NCBI RefSeq assembly: GCF_009834535.1
Contig: NC_045722.1
Location: forward strand, 744,001 to 808,000
Reading direction: 5' to 3'
Origin: Camelus ferus
Taxonomy: Eukaryota
DNA: 64,000 nt
In this document: piece by piece, positions 12,781 to 25,442 of the stretch
Numbering within the stretch: the first letter of the stretch is position 1
Layout: every line of letters starts with the position of its first letter
Translations under genes and position numbers: made by a program
The notes under the pieces: generated by a model
What the model saw: only the letters and a program-made list of their open reading frames with translations
Told to the model about the DNA's origin: nothing
Database searches by the model: none

Positions 12781-14132
12781 ACAGTATATTTAAGAAGAAG
12801 CATACTTGTGGGAGAAATGATTTTGGGAATGCTATTTTTTAATACATTAAATTTAAGATGCCTATGAGACCTAGCCCAGTTAGAGAGCCCAGCCCACGTA
12901 CTGGCCTAGCGCTTAAGAGATAGCGGTAAATAAGAACCTGGGGGCTACTGCGTATAGATGGAAGTGTAAGCCTTCGAAGCAGAGAGTCTGTACAGTGGGC
13001 GGAGAGGAGAGGAAGGCTTAGAACAGAGGCCTGGGGACTCCAGGCTTAAAGAGACACGTGAGGAAGAGGAGCCCCTAAAGCAACGGGGGAGAGAGTAGAG
13101 CAGCAGGAGGCGCACCGGGAGGGAGCCGAGGGCTTTGCAGGAACAGGGGAGCCACCCTGCTGCAACTGAGGGAGGAGACGAGACGCAGAAGGAAAACCAG
13201 CTGCTCCGTTACAGCAAAGACGGTTTGGGTAGAGGTGTCGGTGAGCAAGGCATGTTGGAAGATAAGCTGAGGTAAGAAAATGGAGATAGAAATGCAGACA
13301 GTTGTTGAAATATTTAACTGACTAGAATGAGAGAGAAGGTGGTATCTGGAGGGGAAGTTTTCGTTATTTTCAGGCGGGTGAGACTGAATCACGCTCAGAA
13401 GCCGATGAGAAGGAGCGAGCAGGAGGGGACAAGCTGAAGATGAAGAGGAAAGGTGAGAGGGTGCCGACGGGAGTGGCGCGACGCAGAGCACTGGGTGGGG
13501 CCGCTGATGTCTCTGCTGCAGTGGGAGGAAGGAAGGGGAAAGAATGGGCTCAGATAAAGGGGGCTTTTAGGTTTGGTAGCAGAAAATTGAGCGAATTCCA
13601 GATTGTAGCTGCTTTTTTTCCAGTGACGTAAAACACATGTTGCTATTGAGTGAGTTAAAGGTTTAAAAGGGATGGCGTACGTGAAGGGACCAGTACGTGG
13701 TAAGCGCTCCCTAAGTGAAAGCTCTGTGTCGTAGCTTTGCAGAGGCGTCGTGTGATCGTAGGGACCAGTGCAGCGCAGCGTGACTTGAGAACACTCAGAA
13801 TGTCTCCTTTACATTCTGGGGAGTGCATGAGGCCCTGTCTTGAGAAAATGTGTCCATTGGACTAAAGCACTGCAAGGCACTGCTCTACTTTATCGTTTCT
13901 GTTTCGGTGGGATACTCTGTTCTAAATTGAAGCCAACATCTACTTGATTCCAGACTGTTCCTGTTTAAACCCCCTTTGATATTCCTGTGGACCGAGCCTT
14001 GACTCCAGCACCAGCTCTGACTGCGCAGGAGGAACTCGAGCAGCACTTTGGGCCTTGGCGTCAATCACCCTGACTCGTCTCACAGACCAGCCTTGGCCTT
14101 GTGCCCTAGTCCTGGGACCTGGGTCTCTTGCT

Positions 14133-14178
14133 ACTCCTGAGACTTCACTCTTGCCACTCCTGAGACTTCACTCTTGCC
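14133..14178. repeat. Perfect 23-bp tandem duplication
   Basis: actcctgagacttcactcttgcc occurs twice head-to-tail (14133-14155 and 14156-14178). Confidence 0.95.
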
Positions 14179-14350
14179 TCGGGAATCAGGGTCCTGGGCC
14201 CTAACCCTTGGCTGAGCAACCCGTCACCCTCTCTACTGCTCTGGTCCCGCTCCTTGGGGGCTAGGGTCTTGCTGGATCCTGCCCTGGGGCAGTCAGCACT
14301 AGTGGGCTTGCCTGATGCTTCCTGCCTCTGCGAGTTGCCTTCTCCTACGT

Positions 14351-14538
14351 CATTGATTCTTCAGCTGTGGTCCTCACGCCAGCAGCGCGAGCGTCACCCA
14401 GGGACTTGTCAGAGGGGCACGTGATCGGACCCCACACTGAGCGTCTCTGGTCTGGTGGTTGGGAGTGTAGTCTAGCTGTCTGTGTGGTCATGAGCCCTCC
14501 AGGTGGTTCTGATGTGTGATGAAGTCTGAGAGCCAGCG
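14351..14538. mobile_element. MER5A hAT DNA transposon relic
   Basis: tgtggtcctcacgccagcagcgcgagcgtcacccagggacttgtcag...gccctccaggtggttctgatg matches the recalled MER5A consensus with many AT-to-GC changes. Confidence 0.8.
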
Positions 14539-14954
14539 CACCACAAGGACCTGCAGCTTTCCAGGGCATCAAGCTACAGTGAGAAATCACTGAGAGCACG
14601 TTTTCTCTCTGCACGCTCGGCCTGGTGAACTGCACCTTCCGTGGGGACAGCTGCATCTGACACTCGCTGCCCGTCACGGGGTTGTGAGCTGAGTTCCGTG
14701 TTGGCTCCTGCCGGCCTTCTCAGTCCTAGTTGCCCTCGTGTAGAATTGGGAAAGTTGCTAATATGTGGTTAGAGGTTTGATAGACGAAAGTCTGCACATG
14801 TCTTAAGTCTCCTCAAATAGTACAGTCACAAATCAATCCATGCTTCTCATTTTGAAGAACCGCCTTCAGTGGACAACTGTTTGGAAGTATGTTGCATTTT
14901 GCTTTGCAGAAGGCATGAAAATGATCATTTCTGATTCGAAAATGAGATAAAAGC

Positions 14955-15339
14955 CCTTGGGCCAGGGGTGTTGCTGTTCTGGTTGTAGCTGCTGGCCCCC
15001 GGGGGGCTCCGAGCAGGGCTGCAGCCGGCGGTGGCGGCCGTTGCTGCCGCCCCGCTGTCGCCGCCTCTGTTGTTGGAGGTGGTGTCCGGCTGTCGTTACC
15101 CCCACGTTCTGGTTGCAGGCACCGCCTCCGCTGCGGCTGAAGCCTCCTCCGTAGTTGCCTCCTTCACCGCTGCCTCCTCCTCGCTTCTGGGAGCTGCCTT
15201 GGGTGCCTCCGGTGGACCTCGGTCATCATATCGCTGGAAACCACCGCCACCCCCGCAGCCCCAGAAGCCACCGCTGCCCCGGCAGTCGAGGCGCGTTTTG
15301 GGGGTGGCCCAGCCCACGCCCTCCTCACTGTGCTGCCTC
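14955..15339 (-). pseudogene. HNRNPUL1: Internal mRNA-derived fragment of HNRNPUL1 (RGG / low-complexity C-terminal region)
   Basis: Minus-strand translation across frameshifts gives [40 protein letters not shown] and SPARSPPGASSYNQNSNTPG. These match recalled human [40 protein letters not shown] and [20 protein letters not shown]. Confidence 0.88.
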
Positions 15340-17412
15340 TCCCCCTGCTATGGGAGCGTTTCTCTTGATGTCACCCCTAAAGGGGGGTGACCGCTGCCTT
15401 CCTGCAGCGCAGGGTCACATGAAGATCGGACCCAATGACCGCAGGCTCGTGGAGGCTTTTGCTGACTGTGAAGCTCCATACCCGCAATGCCTGGGTCAGG
15501 TGGGCGCGTGGCTCTCAGTGAGGGAGTCACCCCTCCGCTCGGCGGGGGCGCCCCCCCAGACTCAGGGCCTTGCCTTCTCCTCCTCTCTTCCTGCTCCTCT
15601 GTTCGTGCAGCTCAAGCCAGGCTGGGCTTTCCTGACTCGCTCCTGAATCCCGTCCAGACCCACCTTCCTTATCCCTCCCCCCTTGCTTTCAGATTCTTAG
15701 CTGACCGTTTAACTTTTCTATAGAAACTGGAATCTTTCTGGTATTTCCATCTTACACCGGAACTGCCCCTCCCCGGATCTGCTGGGAAGTCTCACGTGGC
15801 GCGCAGACCGCTGTCGAGCCTGCAGGAGGTCTGACGATCTTGCCATCTGGGGTCGGGTCTCTTCCTGTCTTCCTGCACCACACACATGCAAGCTTCCTGC
15901 CTCCCAGAGCATCCTGTCACGTTGTTGCTCTCAAGCCACGCTCTCACCCTTCGACAGACCTCATCCTGTTTCCTCACTGACCTCACGACATTCCATTGGC
16001 ATGATCTGCTGGTCCCTTGGTAGCCCTCTGAGTGTCTCCAGCTGCTGGGCTCTCGCCTAGACTTCTGAGGAATTGGACCTGCTGCTGGTGCCAAGAGCTA
16101 ACACGCAGGGAGCTGCCAGCGGGACTTGTGCCTGGGACACCGTGGTCCAGTCATGGCAGGCCCCCCGGGAGGCTCTGCTCCCTGCCAGGTCCCCGCAGGA
16201 GCCCTGGGAGAAGGCTTGATGAGCACGGACCCCCAGGGTCCAAGTTGGGGGACCAACCGTCCTGGCTGGCCAGGGGCCAGGGGCTTTGCAGGACATGGGA
16301 CATTCTGTGCTAAACGGGGAAAGTCCTGGTCGCCCCATGTCCAGGACAGTTCAGCCTCAAAAGGCCAAAAGGGGACCTTTCATGTCCTGCTTGGCATCGC
16401 GGCCCCTCCACTGACTGTGCTCACCTGATAAGGGCGTAAATAGTGGTTTTGCCTGAGCCCGAAAGCTCTGACCCTGTCCCGGCGAATGGTGACAAGGGGC
16501 AGGCCCCGGCAAGCTCCCTGGTGATGTGGGGAGCTGAGACTCCTCCACAGGCAGAGCGGAGGAGAGTGTGTCTGTTTTAGCTCAGGCGGAGGCTCCATCA
16601 GGTAAGAGAAAGCCCAGGAGACAGTGGTCCAGCCCGTTACCAGGTGAGCTCGCTGCTGCCAGGATGCCCACACGTGGGGTCCCGAAGCGCGTGCAGAGCA
16701 GACCTCTCTTCAGGTGGGTGCAGTGGGGGATGGACTTGGAAGTGTGTCCTAGACGACTTAATGCATCTGCCTCCTGGTCCCCTGCTCACCTACCACCGCA
16801 CCGTGAGACCAGGGGCCGCGGAGGGAGGGACACTCCTCCTGGTCTCCCTTCTCGTGCTATTTCAGTTTTCACTACGGGCCTGACTTGCCTCAATGAAAGG
16901 GAATGGAATCATCTTGGACCCTCCCTAAGCAGGCAGAGTGCATCCTGTAGCTTCATGTCTTTGTGTCGTAGTGTCCTTCCATGCTCCTCAACCCAGGATT
17001 TGCAAAAGGCCCCCGAGGGCCTGAGCGGTCAAAAGACGGGGTTGTGCAGGCTCTGGCTGCCCCGGTAGCTGCTGCTCCTGGGGACGCAAGATGCAGGCCT
17101 GGCCTTCCCAGCCCGGTGTGCCGGGGGATTGCACCCTGGAGTTTAAAAGATGTCTCTGTCAGTCCTGGGATGGGAATGAGCTGGCTGTGTTGCTTCAGAA
17201 AGACACTGTGTTCCGTGATCTGTGCTGCACGATGTGCTCTCTCTAAAGAGAAGTGTTCTTTTTTAAAAAACACCTTTATTATGGTATGTTTCCTGTACAG
17301 TAAGCTGCACATATGTACAGATGTACAATTTGATGAATTCTGATCAATGTGTGCACCCATGGGATCACCACTGCAATCAGGACAGCTAACATTTCCATCC
17401 CTCCCGAAGAGG

Positions 17413-20400
17413 TGCAATTTTCAAACTCCCAATTTATCCCTTCCTCCCCCCTTTACCCCCTGGGAACCATAAGTTTTTTCTCTATGTCTGTGAGTCTGTT
17501 TCTATTTTGTAAATGAGTTCATCTGTGTTTTTTTAGATTCCACATATAAGCGATATCATATATTCGTCTTTCTCTTTCTGGCTCACTTCNNNNNNNNNNN
17601 NNNNNNNNNNNNNNNNNNNNNNNNNNNNNNNNNNNNNNNNNNNNNNNNNNNNNNNNNNNNNNNNNNNNNNNNNNNNNNNNNNNNNNNNNNNNNNNNNNNN
17701 NNNNNNNNNNNNNNNNNNNNNNNNNNNNNNNNNNNNNNNNNNNNNNNNNTATATAGTGCTGCTGTGAACATTATAGAGTATGTGTCTTTTCGAATTAGAG
17801 TTCCCTNNNNNNNNNNNNNNNNNNNNNNNNNNNNNNNNNNNNNNNNNNNNNNNNNNNNNNNNNNNNNNNNNNNNNNNNNNNNNNNNNNNNNNNNNNNNNN
17901 NNNNNNNNNNNNNNNNNNNNNNNNNNNNNNNNNNNNNNNNNNNNNNNNNNNNNNNNNNNNNNNNNNNNNNNNNNCTTTTGAATGATGGCCGTTCTGACTG
18001 GTGTGAGGTGATACCTCATCGTAGTTTTGATTTTCACGTCTCTAACAGTTAGCGATGTTGAGCATCTCTTCATGTGCTTGTTGGCCATATGAGTGTCTTC
18101 TTTGGAGAAATATCTATTCAGGTCTTCTGCCCATTTTTTGATTAGGTTGCTTGTTTTTCGATATTAAGCTGTATGAGCTGTTTGTATATTTTGGAAATTA
18201 GTCTGTTGTCAGTCGCATCATTTGCAAGTGTTTTCTCCCAGTCTGTAGGTTGCCTTTTTGTTTTCCTGATGGCATCCTTAGCTGTGCAAAAGCTTCTGAG
18301 TTTAATTAGATCCCATTTGTTTACTTTTGCTTTTGTTTCCATTGTTGAAAAAATACATTGCTGTGATTTCTGTCCGAGAGGGCTCTGCCCGTGTTTTCCT
18401 CTAGGGGTTTTACCGTGTCTGGTCTTGGTTTAGGTCTTTAATCCACTTTGAGTGTATTTTTGTACATGGTGTTAGAGAATGTTCTAATTTTAGTCTCTTA
18501 CTTACAGCTGTCTGGCTTCTCCAGCTCCACTTACTGAAGAGACTGTCTTTTCTCCATGGTGTATTCTTGCCTTCTTTGTTGTAGGCTGATTGACTGTGAG
18601 GGCATGGCTTTATTTCTGGACTCTCTGTCCTGCTCCATTGGATATTCGGGGTCTTTTGTGTTTCCATAAAAATTTTAACATTTTTTGTCTCAGCTCTGTG
18701 AGAAGATGTCCTGGGTAATCCGATAGGGATGGCCTGTAGGTGGCCCTGGGCAGTGTGGCCACTTTAACAGTGCTGGTTCTTCCCACCCAGAAACGTGGTG
18801 TCTCTTTCCATTGGGTGGTGTTGTCTTCAGTTTCTTCCATCCGTGTCTCAGTTTTTGGAGTACAGGCCTTCTGCCTCCCCGGGCAGGCTTATTCCTAGGT
18901 GCTCTGTTCTTTCTGGCGTGATGGTGAGTGGCGCTGCTGCTTTACCTTCTTCTCCTGCTCTTTCATAGCTGGTGTGTAGAGGTGCAGCTGGTTCCTGAAC
19001 GTTGGATTTGCGTCCTGCAGCTTTGCCAGACTCGCCGATGAGCTCTGGCGGTTGTCCGGTCACTTCTTTATGGTTTTCTATGTACAGTATCAAGTCATCT
19101 GTGAACAGTGATCNNNNNNNNNNNNNNNNNNNNNNNNNNNNNNNNNNNNNNNNNNNNNNNNNNNNNNNNNNNNNNNNNNNNNNNNNNNNNNNNNNNNNNN
19201 NNNNNNNNNNNNNNNNNNNNNNNNNNNNNNNNNNNNNNNNNNNNNNNNNNNNNNNNNNNNNNNNNNNNNNNNNNNNNNNNNNNNNNNNNNNNNNTTTGTC
19301 ATGTGTGGCCTTTATTATGTGGAGGTGTGTTCTGTCTGTGCCCACTTTCTGAAGAGTTTTTGTCATAAATGGGCGTTGAATTTTATCAAAAGCTTTTTCT
19401 GCATCTGTTGAGATGATCGTATGGTTTTTATTCTTCAGTTTGTTGCTGGGGTGCATCACGTTGATTGATCTGCAGGCACTGAAAAACCCCTGCACCCCTC
19501 GGATAGCTCTCCCTTTATCATTCATGGTGTAAGATCTTTTTAACGCGTTGTTGGAGTCGATTTGCTAGTATCTTGTTGAGGATTTCTGCATCTGTATTCA
19601 TAAGTGATACTGGCCTGTGGTTGTCTTTTTTTGTGATATTTGTCTGGTTTTGGTATCAGAGTGATGATGGCCTCATAGGTGAGTCTGGAAGTGTTCCTTC
19701 CTCTGCAAAGTTTTGGAATAGTTTCAGAAGGACAGGCGTTATTAACTCTTCCTTAACCACTTGGTAGAATTGACCTGTGACGTCATCTGGTCTTGGACTT
19801 CTGTTTGTCTCTTGCGACAGTCTTTATTTTAAAATCTGTTTTGTCTGATGTAAGTATTGTTACTCCAGCTTTCTTTTGGTTTCCATTTACATGGAGTATC
19901 TTTTTCTGTCCCCTTCCTGTCAGCCTGCATGTGTCCCCGGCTCTGAAGTGGGTCTCTTGTAGACAGCATGTATGTGGACCTTGTTTTCTCAGCGTCTCTG
20001 TGCCTTTTGGTTGGAGCATTTAATCCATTTACATTTAAGGTAATTATTGATACATATGTTCTTATTGCCATTTTGTTAATTGTTTTGCATTTGTTTTTAT
20101 AGGCCTTTTTCTCCTCTTTCTTCTTTTGGTTCTCTTTTCTTATGGTTTGACGACTGGAGAAGTTCCCTTAACATTTGTTGTAAAGCTGGTTTGGTGGTGC
20201 TGAGTTCTTTTAGCTTTTGTTTGTCTGTGAAGCTTTTAATTTCTCCCTCAAGTCTGAGCGAGAGCCTTGCTGGACAGAGTGTTCCTGGTTGTAGGTTTTC
20301 CCCTTTCATCACTTTAAGCATATCGTTCCACTCCCTTCTGGCCTGCAGAGTTTCTGCTGGAAAATCAGCTGATCACCTTATGGGAGCTCCCTTGTATGTT

Positions 20401-21490
20401 ATTTGTTGCTTTTCTCTTGCTATTTTTTATATTTTCTCCTTATCCTTTATTTTGTCAATTTGATGACTTGTCAGTTTATGTGCCTTGGTGTGCTCCTCTT
20501 TGCGTTGACCCTGTGTGGTCCTCTCTGTGCTTCCTGGACCTGGGTGACTGTTTCCTTTCCCAGGTTGGGGACGTTTCCAGTGATCATCTCTCCAAAAATA
20601 TTCCCAGGTCCTCTCTCCCTCTCTCCTCTTTCTGGGACCCTATAATGCGAATATTAGTGTGCTTTATGTTGTCCTGGAGTTCTCTCAAACTACCCTCATT
20701 TCTTTTCATTCTTTTATCTTTTTTCTGCTCTGTAGTAGTGATTTCCACTAATCTGTCTTCTAGCTCACTGATCCGTTCTTCTGCCTCATTTAGTCTGTTC
20801 TTGATTTTTTCTAGTGTATTACTCATTTCAGTGATTTTATTCTTCAACTCTGTTTGGGTATTCTTTATATTTTCCAACTCTTTGCTAAAAATTTCACTCT
20901 GTGCATCTATATTCCTCTTGAGTTCTCTGAACACCTTCACCATCTTTACTCAACTCTTTCTCGGACAAATTGCCTATCTTCTCAACACTTATTTCTTTTT
21001 CTGGGCTTTTATCTTGTGCCTTGGCCTGAGAGATATTCCTCTGCCACCTCGTATTATCTGTCTTTGTATTTGTACTTTTAGGTGGGTTAGTTACGTTTCT
21101 TGACCTTGGAGAGGTGGCCCTCTGTTGGAGATGTCCTATGCATCTCAGCAGTGCACACCTCTCTTGTCACCCAAGGGCCAGGGTCCAGCAGGTCCTAATG
21201 TAGAGTCTGGCCTGTGTTTGTGGATCCCTTCCACAGGCTTTGGGTTTGTTGTTTTCTTTTTTCTGGTATCTACCCTCTGGTGGATTAGGCTGGACCAGAG
21301 GCTTATGCAGGTTTCCTGGCAGGAGGAGCCGGTGCCTGCCCACTGCTGGGTGAGGTTGGTCCTGGACCTCTGGTGGGTAGGGCCATGTCTAGAGGCCTGT
21401 GTGGCTTAGGTCTGCTGATGGGTGGGGCTGTGTTCCCGCTCTGTGTGTTGTTTGGCCTGAGGCTTCCCTGCAGGCTGTTGGGTGAGGCCC
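17413..21490 (-). mobile_element. Internally deleted, 3'-clipped L1 (5' UTR, ORF1, ORF2 EN/RT/C-terminus, partial 3' UTR)
   Basis: ORF1 coiled coil 20584-20943; ORF1 C-terminus GEIKSFTDKQKLKELSTTKPALQQML; EN start ITLNVNGLNAPTKRHR at ~20071; [15 protein letters not shown] and SLFTDDLILYIEN in 18848-19525; many stops and frameshifts. Confidence 0.95.
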
Positions 21491-21759
21491 ACATTTCCTT
21501 CCTCTGGGAATCCTAGAGCCTGATGGTTCTTGGCACCTACCTGTCAAAAACAAAAGGCTAGAATAATATTTTTCTTTCCTCCAACAAAAAGTCTGCTTTA
21601 TAGCTGCTAGCCTTATTCCAAGAACCAATTCTTAGGAAACTGGATTAAGACATAAATGTACAGATTCCTGGATCAGTGCAAGCTTCCCTCCCCACTTAAG
21701 CTGCGTGTGCTCCACCCTGCCGTCCTTGACTGAGTGGCTGCTATAGTCCAGGCACTGCT

Positions 21760-23170
21760 CTTGTCTTGAGATTCATTTGAGAATGAAACAGACACCTGTC
21801 CCAACCTCCTGGAGCTTACAGTCTAGTGGGGGGAGACAGACAAAAAACAATAAACGTGATAAGGAGGTACATTATATAGCACATTAGAAGATGACACATG
21901 CAGTGGAAAGAAGAGGGTAGAGCAGGGTAATGGGGGTCAGTAGTTTGGGGTTTGTGAGACCCATCTTTGAAACAGGGTGCTCTGGGTAGACTTCATGAGA
22001 AGGTGTGAGATGAGCAAAAGCTTGAAGGAGGTGAGGGAGTAAGCCAGGTAGCTCTCTGGAAGGAGGATGTCCCAGGCAGAGGGAATAGTCAGTGCAAAGG
22101 CCCTGGGGCAGGAGTATGTCTGGTATGTTCAAGAAATACGGGGAGGCCAGTGTGGCTGAAGCTGAGTGAGTAAAGAGGAAAGCCTGAGATGAGGGTGGAC
22201 AGGTTGTGGGTGCATGTCATGGAGGGTCTTTGGGGGGCTTTGTGGTTGTTCTGAGTGTGATGAGAAGCCCACTGCAGGTATTAAGTAGGGAGTGACCTCG
22301 TCTAACTTATACTTGCACAGGATCTCCAGGGCAGCTGAAGAGAGGACAGGCTGTAAGGGGATGAGGGTGGAACAGGGAGGGGCGGGGAGTGGCTGGGGAG
22401 GGAGCCCCAGAGAGGCAGTCAGATTCCGTACCCATTTCTAATGTGGCAGTAGAAGCAGCCAGCTTTGCTTGTGGGCTGGATGTCAGACCTGTGGGAAAGA
22501 AAGGAATGGATGAGTGCTCCTAGTTCTGAGGGTGGATGGGGACGGGTCATTTACTGAGATGGGATCACCAGGGTGGCTCAGAGTTAGGGGATACCATGCG
22601 TCCAGCTTTGGACGTGTTAAGTGTGGGATGCATGCTGACGTCCGAGTGGAGATGTTAACTGGCAGCTGGATCTGTGGGACCACAGTTCAGGGCCAAGGTT
22701 GGGGCTGGACACATGCACTTGATGATGCGTTTGAAGACCATGAGCCAGATTAACTTAGTGAGGAAGTTAGTTTAGGTAGAAAAGATAGTCTGAGCCCTAC
22801 TGATAAATACCAGAAAAAAGCAAAGCAAAACAGGATTTATCAATGAGTCAGGACGCTGAGGAGTCAGTGAGCTAGAAGGAAACCAGGAGAGGGTGGGATT
22901 CCGGAAGTCAGGGAGACAGAGGTTCAAGAAGGAAGGAGAACTCACCTTCATCGACCATGTCTAAGGACTGGGGACGACCACTGGGCTTGGCCGTGAGGAT
23001 GCTATTGGTAATTTTATTAAGAAAGATTTCTTTCAGGGCTAGAAGTCTGATGGGAGTGGGCTCTAAAAGAAAAAGGGAATGAGAAAGTGGAGACTGGGTA
23101 ACAACTCTTTCAGGAAGTTTTGCTGCTAAGGAGAAACGGGGCAATAATTGGAGAAACAGTGACCCAGCTG
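21760..23170 (-). mobile_element. L2 relic
   Basis: ctggagcttacagtctagtggggga; agggaatagtcagtgcaaaggccctggggcaggag; ggaggccagtgtggctgaagctgagtgag. Boundaries are approximate. Confidence 0.8.
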
Positions 23171-24404
23171 AGAAGAGGGAAATGATGCAGAAAGCAAGGG
23201 GGTGATGACCGGTCCCAGCCCTGGAGTGGGTGAGAGGATGCAGCAGGGGCTTCAGGGCACAGGGCTCGGGCAGCCGCCAGGAGGGGCACGGGCAGGTGAC
23301 CCGCCGCCTTCTACGCTTGTCCGCCTCTCAGCCCCCCCTTCCTACCCAGCCTGGCGCGGGGAGTGGCCGCAGCAGTGTCCCCACCGTACAGCAAGCAGGA
23401 AAGTCCGTAGCTACAGACCCAGGTCTCCACATCAGGCCCAGGAATCAGCAAATCATCTGCTGTAGGGCTGGAGTGAGGAGGTCGCACCTCTGACAAAAAG
23501 TGCAGAAGAAAAGCACTTCACGCCTCAGGACAACCTGTCAGGAGCGCAGTCAGGCGACGAAGCTCTGCGTCCTTCTACAGCAAGACGCGCCCCGCTTTGT
23601 CCACCCGAGAGAAGAGGAAAGGGGGTGTTCACCGTTTTTCCTTCCATGACGACGTTTCGCTTCATTACTAATCAGACTAAGGCAAATAAAAATGGAAAGT
23701 GTCGTTTTTTGCCAGATGACCAAATACTTCAAAGGCCAGTTCTTGGTACTCCCAAGTGTTTGGTAAGACAGGCGTTTTCTTAATACGTGGGTGGGAGTGA
23801 AAGATTGGCTCAAGGCCTTTGGGAAAGCAGTTTGGCTGCTGGCTGCGACCAAAGCCTCGGAACAGTTCAGACTTCTTGGGCTTAATGATCCCTCTTTCCG
23901 GAATCCAGCCTAGAGAACCTGTTGGGAGCTTGGACAGAGATTTAATAAGATTTCTCACAAACTTGTGTCTGGTGATGGAATAAGTAAAAGAAAATCAGCA
24001 CAAAGGGTTAGTTTACAACTTCTGACTCATTCTTACTTAATAACACAGAGAAAGGTTTGAAATATGTTGGTAACTTCAAAAAAGGTCCAAAATTATCCCC
24101 AATGAATCATTCAATGCTATCTTAGGGATTGTATATCCTCTCTTCAATTATGTGTAGACTGAAAATTATCCTATTTATTGAATTTCCTAAAATGTTAATA
24201 ACCATATATTTCTCCATATTTGTAGTTGGGTTTTCTTCATACCAACTGGGCTGGTTTCATTTCTGCCTATTTTTATTTAAATTCTAATTTTTTAATGGAT
24301 TCTTTTCTTTCCTTTTTTCTTTGAGGATTCCAAATATGCTTACCATTTATTATTTTCACTTCTTACAGAATGAATTCCCCCCGTTACTGGTTTGATTGTC
24401 TGTC

Positions 24405-24473
24405 TTCTCTATTTTTTAAATGAAATGTAGTTGATTAACAATGTTGTGTCAATTTCTGGTGCACAGCATAGTG

Positions 24474-24509
<36 letters not shown>

Positions 24510-25215
24510 GTATTGTTTTTCATTATAGGCCATTATGAGGAAGTGAATATAGTTCCCTGTGCTCTACACTAGGACCTTGTTGTTTATCTCTTTTATATAT
24601 AGTGGTTTGTATCTGCAAATCCTGAATTCCCAATTTATCCCTCCACCACCACCCCCCTTTCCCGCTAGTACACAGGTTGATTTTCTATGTCTATGAGTCT
24701 GTTTCTGTTTTTATAAATAAGNNNNNNNNNNNNNNNNNNNNNNNNNNNNNNNNNNNNNNNNNNNNNNNNNNNNNNNNNNNNNNNNNNNNNNNNNNNNNNN
24801 NNNNNNNNNNNNNNNNNNNNNNNNNNNNNNNNNNNNNNNNNNNNNNNNNNNNNNNNNNNNNNNNNNNNNNNNNNNNNNNNNNNNNNNNNNNNNNNNNNNN
24901 NNNNNNNNNNNCATCTGTCGATGGACATTGATGTTGTTTCCACGTCTTGGCTGCTGTAAGTAGTGCTGCTGTGAGCATGGCAGGGGTGGGGTGCATGCAT
25001 CTTTTTGAATTAGAGTTCCCCCTGTTACATGCACAGGAGTGAGACTGCTGGATCATATAATTTTCAGTCTTTTGAGGAATCTCCATACTGTTTTCCACAG
25101 TGGCTGCACCAAACTACATTCCCGGTTATAGTGTAGGAGGGATCCCTTTTCTCCACACCTGCTCCAGCATTTATCAGTTTGTGGACTTTTGAATGATGGC
25201 CATTCTGACTACAAT
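24405..25215 (-). mobile_element. L1 3' end (ORF2 C-terminus plus 3' UTR)
   Basis: Antisense artiodactyl L1 3' UTR (atagttccctgtgctctacactagg); ORF 24691..25098 MENSMEIPQK...QQSHS; N run 24722-24911 inside. Confidence 0.9.
24477..24506. repeat. (CA)15 microsatellite inside the L1 3' UTR
   Basis: Read directly from the sequence. Confidence 0.95.
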
Positions 25216-25442
25216 GAGGCCACGCATCCTGTCATCCGCCTCCTCCCTGCTCCAATGCTACAGAACAAGAAAGCAGTCTTCTAGAACATGTTCATTTGAA
25301 CTAAAGTCTATGATAAAAATTGTGAAAATTTCTTTTTAAAGATGTCTTCCTTCTAACAAACATTTCAGAAGGACAGGCTTTCCCCTCAATGATATTGTTG
25401 CATGATAACAAAAATCATAAAAACTGCAAGCGTTCATTGTCA

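Noticed and set aside
16571-16607. 21-nt micro-exon-like segment (ttttag...catcag|gtaaga)
   Set aside because: The pyrimidine tract is weak and there is no homology to NOX5 or SPESP1. Such site pairs occur by chance.
20396-21103. 235-aa hydrophobic ORF resembling a membrane protein
   Set aside because: It is the antisense reading of L1 ORF1 and the 5' region.
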